Assembly (NCBI GenBank): GCA_964016885.1
Contig: OZ024743.1
Location: 286,316,001-286,380,000 of the forward strand
Reading direction: 5' to 3'
DNA length: 64,000 bases
Source of the DNA: Eledone cirrhosa
Taxonomy: Eukaryota
The notes under the pieces were generated by a model that saw only the letters and a list, made by a program, of their open reading frames with translations, had not been told where the DNA came from and ran no database searches. Below, in pieces: positions 52,471 through 64,000 of the stretch. A program made the translations under genes and the position numbers. The stretch's first letter is position 1; each line of letters opens with the position of its first letter.

Positions 52471-55400
52471 ATGCATGTGATTGTTTAATGGATTGGTCAT
52501 AAGGGTTATTTACCCCAGTAAATACCACTGCATGCCAACCACTAATTTAATTTGAAAGAAGATATAGAAGAACTTTTATGTAATATTCCTTGGTTAGAAT
52601 TATCTCTCTACATTCGAAGTAATAATTGAAGCATGACGAATATCTCAAAACGAGTATCAATAACAATTGGTATTTATTGTAGTGCGTATATTACAATTTG
52701 GTAACAAAACGTACCTTGTTACATGATAGAAGTGTCATCCTGAAATACAAGATAGGATTAGAAAAAGCTTAAGATATTTGTGCTCGGTGTGGTCAGTTCG
52801 AGAGCCTGTTGCCAAAGAGAGAGATTGCCCTTTTCTCTTTCTTTTATAATACCTGGAACGGAAGTTCAAGGGATGTTCTAGAAATTCTACGGGAAGTAAC
52901 TCTAGCTACTTCCCTTTATCTAGAGAGCGCTACAATTGTATATATGTATATGTATACACCCACACCTTTCATCCCCATTGCTTCTTTTTCTTGTCGTTTC
53001 TGTTGTTCTTGTAACTGTTGTAAAAATTGAAGTTGTCCTTATTTTCATTTTCTTTGATTTCTTTCATTTTTCTTTTATCTCCCTAGGGAATTCGTTGACA
53101 AGCTTCTTTTATTTATTTTCGTTTTCTTCATTCAAATGCATTCACACTGGCTGTCTCAGAAACGTACAAATATGGCTTATAAAACTTACCTAAGTAAATA
53201 GCCTTCCAGTGTCCCCCTAGCGACCCCTGGAACTCCGACCCCCCCCCCCCATTTCCCGGGGGAGGGGGGATATATCCCCCGTTGAGAACATTTGGTCTAG
53301 ATAGATTGCTTGATTTTCTCAAACAAGAAACAGATAATTAGAATGGCAAATGAATGAATGCATCATTGTTTACAAACAACAGGCAATTGTATTACAGTTT
53401 GTAACGCGTTTCGTCGTTGCAATTTGAAGACAAATATATTGCTCTTATGTGTCTCATTATATCTACGATAATGTTCTTGAATATAATGTGAATTTTCGTC
53501 TTGATAAGGCAGTAGACAATCAGTTAAGAGTTGCCGACTCGTATTATGTCTCTGTTACTGCTTTGCCTCCATGACTAGGACACCTAGATCTCAACGACCG
53601 AGCTTACATTGAACTAATCACGTTCCATGGGGTAACATATAGTTCACTGTAACATTGTCATGTGCTTTGCTCTGTCACAGTGCTTCTTGGGCGAAAGTCC
53701 TCATGTGGTTCTGAAAAAAGTAATGTCAAACCATTCCGGTTCATAAGGTTACAGGATAATCACAAGCACGTTGGCCAGTAAACCATGGAATTTCTTTGCG
53801 GTCGCAAGACCAACTAAAAATAGCTAAGTCTCCTGAAAAGTTTGAATAGGGATACGATAATGTAGTTTTAGATACACAAAAAGACAGAAATGCACAACTA
53901 AACGCTTTTTGTTATAAGCCTTTACGGACGATGTTAACAACAATACACTTCAACTTGAGCATCCCGTCTTTGATTTAGACACAGATAATCTAGGGCTACC
54001 TTACCCAATGTGCCCTGTTTAAAAAGTTTGCGAGGTGTGTTTTGAAGACGGTTTGCTTGCTATTTTAGTAGTTCGAACGATCGCCTACATTGACTCGAGA
54101 CATATACTCATTTTAGCAGATGTAAATATGAGTCCAATACTGTGGTGCGAGTCACAGCTAAGCTGATAAGATGTTGGGCTGATAGACGAAGGGCGATCTA
54201 CTGTCTGTATTATCTCACAAGCCCTTTTTAAAATATATAGCATAAACATATAACCATCTACAGTCTTGCTCATTTGGCTTTAAATGGGTACTACGAATTG
54301 TGAGGTGTACGGCTCACTGTCTGTGTAAATATACGAGTAATATGCTGTGTCAATCTGAATTGCTTGAGATACTATACGTTAACATCAGCTTTTAGTGGGG
54401 GCTTCAAATAATTCAATAGGCCATATCTCACCAAAATGCCGGAGCGGAGATATTTCAACGTGAGTAAACTCGAAGTCTGACTAACAGTAACATCACGTAA
54501 TTTATTAGGATTAGATTTTATACTTGATAGATGGTGAGTTGAAAGACTGGTGGCCTACCAGTGAAGAGATAAAGATTCATAGACAGTCTCCAGCGTTTCA
54601 AAATGACTTTGGGTTCATTAAACTGACTAGCAGAAAAACCACCCTTCGGGTGGTTTTCTGCTAGTATGCGTAGTGTGTATATTGATATTTTACGCAAGTA
54701 TATATGCATGTAGATATGATACATCAAATAAAATCGTAATTGACAATATCCACAGATTGAACGAAGACTGTGTTACACTGTCTTATTTAATCAGTAATGT
54801 AATCCATGATACATTAAAAAAAAGACGATATTATATATAAACTGCATTAGGAGAAAATTAGTGTCGGAAATATATGAGTATTTATTTAAGCGATCGCCAC
54901 CGGAAGTGTTGACATTTGAAAATTTTAAAGAAGTGAATCTTTAAATAAATAATAAAATATATTTAATGAACAGCCACGAAATTTAGTAGATAAATTATGT
55001 AATATTCATTCATTATTTATTCAAAGTAATCCAACTTATTTTACTAAGGGGATAAAAAATTATAAACCGTAAGCAATCCCGCGCTTCTTACTTTAATATA
55101 GTTTAGATTGTTAAATTTCACTTGACACCTGATCAGTTATCTCTGACTTTGCATCTCTGTAATAATTATAGTAATTGTTGTTTAAAAAGATTTCACCTGC
55201 GCGACGTAGACAACCAAACTACACACCAGTTAGTTTGCCACTCATTTACTCAATATTCCACTGCTTTTTTGCTTATTTACTTGCTTGCACTTTGTTTATT
55301 CAGAGCATACTTCCATTCTAGTGACAGGATACGAACTCACAACTCTTTATTTAAAAACAACAACCCACTTCTTATGAACTCAGCAATTACAACTATAGTC

Positions 55401-55603
55401 GTTGTTATTGTTGTAGTTGTTCAGCAGACACATGCCACATAGTCAGCTGATGAGAATTTTTGTAAAAAAAAAAAAAAAAAATCCTGCTTAGCACTCCAGA
55501 TACTTCGGACTTATAAGATTTGTAGTATGTCAATATGGCTGAACTTTAGCTTTCGGTCAGTTAGTGTTCTAGCTAGCTACCGCCATGACATTTTAATTCT
55601 GGT

Positions 55604-56815
55604 TCATGCAATTATAAGATATGGGCTGGCCAGCTCAGCGCCTATGGTGGTGAGTAAGGAGGTAGCTCTGGGGCCGAGGACACCAGAAGTCTCCACTGCC
55701 AGGGGTACGACCGCAAACCTGTCGGAGAGCGACCGGTATTTGAGGAGTTTGGCCTCCTCAGCCCGACGTGCAGCAAAACCTGGGTCAGTCGCAGACTGCA
55801 CCAGGTTGCAGCTGCAGAAAGTGTAAGTGGCATCCCAGACGAGGGGTTTGCCACCGCGGAACGGGAAGATGGTCATGCCATCTGGCCTTTTGCCGTCCCC
55901 TCGATCCAGCCCCACCGGCTCGAGCTGGAAAGGGAAGCCTGCAGCGTCCAAGCCATGCTTAATGACCTCGTTGAGGGCAGCATGGCGTGGAATGCGACCG
56001 GCACTGTTGCGACAGGAAAGAGTCCACGGTGGAACCGCAGCGACATTGGTGTGGCTGGCAGATCCGGAGGCCGAGCCTCAGAGAAACGCCGATGCGCAGG
56101 CTATGGTTGTCTAGCTGCGTGCCAGTGGAGAAGGGGTACAGGGTTTGGAGCCAGGCACAACTGTGGGGTTTGGAGGCCGCATGAAAACAAGCAAGGCGGT
56201 GCTGGTCTAGCTGGCGCGTAAGCCTGTCTGAGTCCAGGCTGCACTGGATGGCATCTCAAGTGCGTTGGGGGGACTTGACGTCAACAGGGGGAGCAGGAGG
56301 AGGGATCTACTGGGATAAGTCCTAGCCGGTCCCACGTCTCACAGGCGGCGTCGCGTTCTCTGAACACAGAGGGTTCTGTTGTATTTTGAAGAACCCTTCT
56401 GACGAGGACGCGGCGCGAGGTTACCGACGAAAGATACGCCGGCAAAGCTAGTGAGATCGGGGACCGGAGGCCAAGGCCGCCATACCTGGCATCTAAAGTG
56501 GCCTGTTGCCACCCTATGTCGTCAAACTTGACGTTGCATATCTCCTCGGCTGTTGCTCGGATACAAGTATCGAGGTCAGCGAGGAGAGATGTCTGGGTGT
56601 AGCACGGAGCGCTGCGAAGGGTATAGAGGAGCTTCGGCATGGCGAAGCAGTTCCTCAGCAGAAAGAGAGCTGGGTGGCCGTCAATCAAGCCCAGTCGGCT
56701 CGTGAGAGTCTGGAGTTGTTGAAGCCTGGACCTGATGGTGGAGCGGATGGCCGGCGGGTGGATCGGTAACTCGAGGATGAGGACATCCTCTTTGGGGGTC
56801 ACCTGGAACAAGCCC
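55604..56815 (-). mobile_element. CRE-clade RLE retrotransposon 3' fragment, degenerate
   Basis: ALFLLRNCFAMPKLLYTLR, QATL...GGLGL, RH, EPVGL..GDGKRPDG...WD, K..KY, FAVVPLAVETSG. Confidence 0.8.
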
Positions 56816-56976
56816 CAGTATATGGTATAGCTCCTCAGTGTAATATCTTTATCATATTTACCATATTTTCAAACAACCTAATCAGGTGACGTAATTCTAT
56901 TATGATGTAAAAATTCATAGATGTCATTCGGTTATATTATATAATAGAATAGTTTGAACTAGTAGAGTCACTAGTT

Positions 56977-58815
56977 GGTGTGGCGCCGGAAGGCAAGATG
57001 ATCTCTTGTTTCAATCCTGAGGTCAAAGATGCCATCCGAGCAAATAAGGGGGTCTACAAAGCGGGACTTATAAAATTAAGTCCTCCTTGCACTTGCGGTA
57101 CAAGCAGGTACGAAAAATCGCAGCAGACAGTAAAGGCGTCCAAAGTTAAGACATGGGAGGACTTCAGAGTTAAGCTAGAATCCTACGTCAGATCAGCAAA
57201 TAAAGTGTTTTGTCAGATCATCCACCAACTTCGTAATAAGAAGTCCTCCTCCACACATGCTATCAGGAACGCGTCAGATGTTCTCCTCTCTTTAGAGATG
57301 TGCATCCTCGCGAGGTGGAGTGAATACTTTGCTGGTCTCCTAAACCCGATCACAACAGCATTTTCTGATGCACACGAAGTGCATCTGAGAGTGGTGACTA
57401 ATCTCTCGGAGGCTGAGATCACAAGAGTAGTTAAAGAGCTTAAATATGGCAAGGCTTATGGGGAGGATGAAATCCGGTCCGAGATGTTAAAAGCCATAAA
57501 CAGAGAAGGTATTCTCTGACTTACTCGTGTGATCTGAGTGATCTGGATCTATGGAAAGGCATCTAAGCAATGGTAATCGGGAGTGATAATCCAAATTTTC
57601 AAAAGGGAAGACAAGTGAGATTATTCCAATTATAGAGGGATTTCCTTGTTAAGCCTCCCCGGTAAAGTCTTTGCTAAGTGTCTAGCAAAGAGATGTAGAG
57701 ATATTGTCGAGTCCTAGCCAACAGATGAACAGTGTGGTTTTCGCCTTGAACGCAACACAGCCGACAAAATATTCACACTGCGGCAAATCTTTGAGAAATC
57801 GTAGGAGTACTGTCAAGAGGTGTATTCTTGCTTTGTAGACCCCGAAAAGGCATATGACCGCGTTCCACGGGATCTGCTGAGGAAGATTCTGCAAGAGCAT
57901 GAGATCAAAGGTCAGCTTCTTGTTGCCGAGTATTTGTGTTCAAATAAATGGCGCTAAATTGAAACCATTCAAGGTGCGTACTATCACCTCTCCTGTTCAT
58001 TATTTTCATGAACAGGATTAACATGCACAGTCGGGTTTTAAATGCGATCACGACTGGCAGGTGTAAAATAGTCGGTTGGAATTTGGAGAAGACATTATAT
58101 TACTTAACTTGACAGAAGGTGATCTTCGACTTGCACTTGATAGGTTTGATGCCGAGTGCTGCATGGCGGAAATGAAGATCAGTGCTGCGAAAACTGAGAC
58201 GCTCGTCTTCTCAAGAGAGCCAGCGCAGTGCACTCTAAATGTGAATAGAGTTCCACTGAAGCATGGGAAGAAGTTCACGTATCTAGGGGCCATGTTCACA
58301 TGTGATTGACGGCAGGTGGCTGAATTAAGTACAAACATTGCAACCGCTGGTGCAGTAATGCGCCAGCTTCAATATTCAGTAATCAGATGAAGATTGCTAT
58401 CTTCAATTCGGTATTGGTTCCAACCATTACCTATGGTCATAAATTTTGGGGTAAGAATACGATCGCGGATACAAGCGGCCGAAATAGGATTCCCCCGAAG
58501 AGTCTTTGGAGTAACGTTACTCAATACAGCGCTTAACTCGGAGATCAGAGAGGTACTTCAGGTAGAGCTGAACTCCGATACTACGGGCATGTGGTTAGAA
58601 TGTCTCGGGGAAGAATCATTGGACAGATTTTACGGGCAAAACCAGCCAGTAGGAGATCCTGGGGTAGACCCAAGCAAGATGGTTGGATAACAATAATTAA
58701 CTCGGCCGGTCTTGCTTGGGGATCCAGCCGGGTCAGTTGGAGACGGTTGCTCGTGACAGGACTCGCTGGAATGAGTGTTTGAGGACTCTGCTCCCACTTC
58801 CCCATCAGGAATAAG
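56977..58815 (+). mobile_element. Degenerate RTE/RTEX-type LINE, 5'-truncated
   Basis: RWSEYF, KAYGEDEI, NYRGISLLSLPGK, QCGFR, FVD.EKAYD, FTYLG, RIQAAE; many stops; (GAC)n(GAA)n tail at 58821-58951. Confidence 0.82.
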
Positions 58816-58819
58816 AGGA

Positions 58820-58852
<33 letters not shown>

Positions 58853-59839
58853 AGAAGAAGAAGAAGAAGAAGAAGAAGAAGAAGAAGAAGAAGAAGAAGA
58901 AGAAGAAGAAGAAGAAGAAGAAGAAGAAGAAGAAGAAGAAGAAGAAGAAGAAATAGTCTTTACTTCAACTAGTTGAAATGATAAGAACTGCATATTCTAG
59001 GACACCAAAAAAGATGGAGAAGCCATGGTTAGAGCGCTGATTGGACGTTGGTTGCCCTAAACTGATAAAGCGGATATCATATATCTGTACATTGATGGTT
59101 TGGGCTAAAACTCAGACAACCTGTGATATGACTCATTTTAAGGCGGGCCGCACTACTAAAAAACTTCAAGGCAATCTTTCGTTAAGCGTGCCATTTAGGA
59201 AGCCAAACGGGTCACAGTTTGCCCATGACTGATTTAGTTAGGTCCTATAGTTTGTTTATAAACCAGTTATGGTTCCTAAAAGTAACTCTGAGATTACCAA
59301 AGTTACTCAACAGTAGCAGCGATAACATGAGCTTTAAATAAATATGAGATAATCCTTATCGGATTAACACAGACTTTTATAAACTGCTTACATGGGACTT
59401 GGTCAGAAGGGTGATTAAAATAGTTATGTTGCATAACAGTTATTACATAAGCAATTTCTGCCTCAGATCAATGCATTTTTATTACCCCCCGGCAAAAATG
59501 GACACCAATTAATTCTCTTGCAATTTATTTTTATGTAAGTGTTACTATGTGGATGTTTGATGAGTAAATCGATTTAAATTTAAATTTCAGTTCCGAGATC
59601 AAATATAATTGCAGATATTTTTTCTCTCAGAAACATTGATGGCATTGGGGTTTGGAGCTTCCAAGGCAGACTATCCGATTTTTCAGATGAATAATTAATT
59701 GGAGATTGGATATGAAACAAACGAAGTTTATTGTTTGTTTTTTTTCTTTTGTTTTTATTGGATTTGACTTTTGTACGCATGTGTGTGTGTATGTATGTAT
59801 GTATGTATGTATGTATGTATGTATGTGTGTGTGTATATA

Positions 59840-59925
<86 letters not shown>

Positions 59926-61559
59926 TACATACATACATAAAACTCAATATTTTATGATTTTTCTCTCTCATTTAAACTACTGAACTCTTTCTACTACCAT
60001 TCAAAATCTATACAACTTCATACTTTCTGCTACTTTCTCTTTCCAAGCTTGATGGTGATACTGTCCGTTCACACCACTCCCTACTGTCTTAAATTTAGAA
60101 AACACATATCCTCTATGAGGTTACTAAACCTGCTAGAAACAGCAGCTAACTCTCCCCCATATCACACCACTCCCTACTGTCTTAAATTTAGAAAACACAT
60201 ATCCTCTATGAGGTCACTAAACCTGCTAGAAACAACAGCTAACTCTCCCTCATATCACAACCCTCCTTACTGTCTTAAATTTAGAAAACACACAGACAAC
60301 CATGCAGAACAACTCCATCGCAGCTCTGTTGTTCGGCTGGCATCGTCTACATGCGTGTTGCGCAAGTACTGTGAAACAATAAATTTCAACACTTTTTTGC
60401 ACAGAGATAATATCCATAGGCGAAACTACAATTGTCACTGCTGGCGCAGTTCCTGCTTCCAGGTCTGCAATTCATTCACCCAGTGCCTGGCAGACAAAAA
60501 AGTGCTGCCATAAAATGGGTGGTGCAACCTAACTTTGATAACTTAATGACCCCGAGCAACGCCAGGCTTTAATGCTAGTATATATATATACACATATATA
60601 TGTGTGTATGTGTGTGTATGTGTGTGTATTTGTGTGTGCGCACACACGTATTTTTGCAAACATGAATAGACTAGTTGGACAACAAACATCGACTTATATT
60701 TTGTCACGGCAACTATGAAGCAGCTCATCACTCAATGACCCACTTCAGCTCTCACTAAATAGATAAAACAAGACTGGTATCAGACAACAGCAAAGTAAAA
60801 AGTACAAGCAAACCAGGGATCACTCAACTAGCTAGAAATAGCAGCGTAATTCCCCTCATTTCACTACCTGTTGCACTTGATAGGTTTGATGCCGAGTGCT
60901 GCATGGCGGAAATGAAGATCAGTGCTGCGAAAACTGAGACGCTCGTCTTCTCAAGAGAGCCAGCGCAGTGCACTCTAAATGTGAATAGAGTTCCACTGAA
61001 GCATGGGAAGAAGTTCACGTATCTAGGGGCCATGTTCACATGTGATTGACGGCAGGTGGCTGAATTAAGTACAAACATTGCAACCGCTGGTGCAGTAATG
61101 CGCCAGCTTCAATATTCAGTAATCAGATGAAGATTGCTATCTTCAATTCGGTATTGGTTCCAACCATTACCTATGGTCATAAATTTTGGGGTAAGAATAC
61201 GATCGCGGATACAAGCGGCCGAAATAGGATTCCCCCGAAGAGTCTTTGGAGTAACGTTACTCAATACAGCGCGTAACTCGGAGATCAGAGAGGTACTTCA
61301 GGTAGAGCTGAACTCCGATACTACGGGCATGTGGTTAGAATGTCTCGGGGAAGAATCATTGGACAGATTTTACGGGCAAAACCAGCCAGTAGGAGATCCT
61401 GGGGTAGACCCAAGCAAGATGGTTGGATAACAATAATTAACTCGGCCGGTCTTGCTTGGGGATCCAGCCGGGTCAGTTGGAGACGGTTGCTCGTGGCAGG
61501 ACTCGCTGGAATGAGTGTTTGAGGACTCTGCCCCCACTTCCCCATCAGGAATAAGAGGA

Positions 61560-61628
<69 letters not shown>

Positions 61629-62627
61629 AGAAGAAGAAGAAGAAGAAGAAGAAGAAGAAGAAGAAGAAGAAGAAGAAGAAGAAGAAGAAGAAGAAGAAGA
61701 AGAAGAAGAAGAAGAAGAAGAAGAAGAAGAAGAAGAAGAAGAAGAAGAAGAAGAAGAAGAAATAGTCTTTACTTCAACTAGTTGAAATGATAAGAACTGC
61801 ATATTCTAGGACACCAAAAAAGATGGAGAAGCCATGGTTAGAACGCTGATTGGACGTTGGTTGCCCCAAACTGATAAAGCGGATATCATATATCTGTACA
61901 TTGATGGTTTGGGCTAAAACTCAGACAACCTGTGATATGACTCATTTTAAGGCGGGCCGCACTACTAAAAAACTTCAAGGCAATCTTTCGTTAAGCGTGC
62001 CATTTAGGAAGCCAAACGGGTCACAGTTTGCCCATGACTGATTTAGTTAGGTCCTATAGTTTGATTATAAACCAGTTATGGTTCCTAAAAGTAACTCTGA
62101 GATTACCAAAGTTACTCAACAGTAGCAGCGATAACATGAGCTTTAAATAAATATGAGATAATCCTTATCGGATTAACACAGACTTTTATAAACTGCTTAC
62201 ATGGGACTTGGTCAGAAGGGTGATTAAAATAGTTATGTTGCATAACAGTTATTACATAAGCAATTTCTGCCTCAGATCAATGCATTTTTATTACCCCCCG
62301 GCAAAAATGGACACCAATTAATTCTCTTGCAATTTATTTTTATGTAAGTGTTACTATGTGGATGTTTGATGAGTAAATCGATTTAAATTTAAATTTCAGT
62401 TCCGAGATCAAATATAATTGCAGATATTTTTTCTCTCAGAAACATTGGTGGCATTGGGGTTTGGAGCTTCCAAGGCAGACTATCCGATTTTTTCAGATGA
62501 ATAATTAATTGGAGAATGGATATGAAACAAACGAAGTTTATTGTTTGTTTTTTTTTTCTTTTGTTTTCATTGGATTTGACTTTTGTACGCATGTGTGTGT
62601 GTATGTATGTATGTATGTGTGTGTGTA

Positions 62628-62714
<87 letters not shown>

Positions 62715-63808
62715 TAATCTATAAAGCTCAGTGTGTGGTCATGCTCCTTCGTTATAGAAATCTACGATATAGAATTTCTTCAATTGAAATTTACAATTCA
62801 GTATTAGAAATAGCTTCGATTGCGTCTTGACGCAGATAATTTTTTCAATTTCACCCACAATTACGCAAAAAATAGATAAAACTCAATATTTTACGATTTT
62901 TCTCTCTCATTTAAACTGCTGAACTCTTTCTACTACCATTCAAAATCTATACAACTTCATACTTTCTGCTACTTTCTCTTTCCAAGCTTGATGGTGATAC
63001 TGTCCGTTCACACCACTCCCTACTGTCTTAAATTTAGAAAACACATATCCTCTATGAGGTTACTAAACCTGCTAGAAACAGCAGCTAACTCTCCCCCATA
63101 TCACGCCCCTCCCTACTGTCTTAAATTTAGAAAACACATATCCTCTATGAGGTCACTAAACCTGCTAGAAACAACAGCTAACTCTCCCTCATATCACAAC
63201 CCTCCCTACTGTCTTAAATTTAGAAAACACACAGACAACCATGCAGAACAACTCCATCGCAGCTCTGTTGTTCGGCTGGCATCGTCTACGCGCGTGTTAC
63301 GCAAGTACTGGGAAACAATAAATTTCAACACTTTTTTGCACAGAGATAATATCCATAGGCGAAACTACAATTGTCACTGCTGGCGCAGCTCATGCTTCCA
63401 GGTCTGCAATTCATTCACCCAGTGCCTGGCAGACAAAAAAGTGCTGCCATAAAATGGGTGGTGCAACCTAACTTTGGTAACTTAATGACCCGAGCAACGC
63501 CAGGCTTTAATGCTAGTATATATATATACACATATATATGTGTGTATGTGTGTGTATGTGTGTGTATTTGTGTGTGCACACACACGCATTTTTGCAAACA
63601 TGAATAGATTAGTTGGACAACAAACATCGACTTATATTTTGTCACGGCAACTATGAAGCAGCTCATCACTCAATGACCCACTTCAGCTCTCACTAAATAG
63701 ATAAAACAAGACTGGTATCAGACAACAGCAAAGTAAAAAGTACAAGCAAACCAGGGATCACTCAACTAGCTAGAAATAGCAGCGTAATTCCCCTCATTCC
63801 ACTACCTG
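58131..63808 (+). repeat. Head-to-tail segmental duplication (58131-60870 and 60871-63808)
   Basis: Both copies start TTGCACTTGATAGG and end ACTACCTG; the ORF track repeats at offsets of 2740, 2809 and 2939. Confidence 0.95.
60070..60291 (+). repeat. 93-bp minisatellite, about 2.4 units (also at 63009-63230)
   Basis: CTACTGTCTTAAATTTAGAAAACACA recurs every 93 bp. Confidence 0.9.
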
Positions 63809-64000
63809 GTTTTTTTTTAAAGAAAGGACACATAGGAGAATGTAAAAAAAAGTAAAAGGCTCTGAACTCATGATAGAATCGTAAGAGTGTCGCCATGACA
63901 AATAGCAGGTCTTAGACATTAAAAACTTTGGGGAGCTCATCCTTCTCCAGGTCTGAACATAGTCGATTTATGCCGGAGAGAAAGAGAGAGAGAGTGAATG

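Noticed and set aside
55440-55510. CTGATGAG as a hammerhead
   Set aside because: No stem II, GAAA or cleavage triplet follows.
60049-60513. 154-aa ORF with a 31-aa repeat (also 62988-63452)
   Set aside because: It is explained by the 93-bp minisatellite and the segmental duplication, and has no protein motif.

Overview
Gene-free, repeat-saturated animal genomic DNA, most likely from an octopus (inferred from the tRNA-derived SINE types and microsatellite load). No host gene is recognisable. The window holds R4/Dong-like RLE retrotransposons (4 families) sitting in (TAA)n or (TACA)n tracts, a near-full-length L1/Tx1 element, two Penelope-like elements (PLEs), CRE and RTE fragments, SINEs, a Tc1/mariner remnant, an 11.5-kb hAT/Charlie shell filled with nested insertions, and two tandem duplications. 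The main result is a 9.15-kb array of 18.6 near-identical ~493-bp units (21997-31151). Each full unit carries a minimal type I hammerhead ribozyme on the minus strand, with a palindromic stem III and an unusual U.U pair closing stem II, preceded by an octamer (ATGCAAAT)-34 nt-TATATA module. A diverged 420-bp relative at 43736-44211 keeps the fold through a covarying pair and shares the same left boundary. Several other small hammerhead-bearing elements, often folded back, lie in (TA)n tracts between 21.6 and 35.9 kb. Together they look like a family of retrozyme-like non-autonomous elements, probably mobilised by Penelope. All structures were paired by eye and none was computed or tested.
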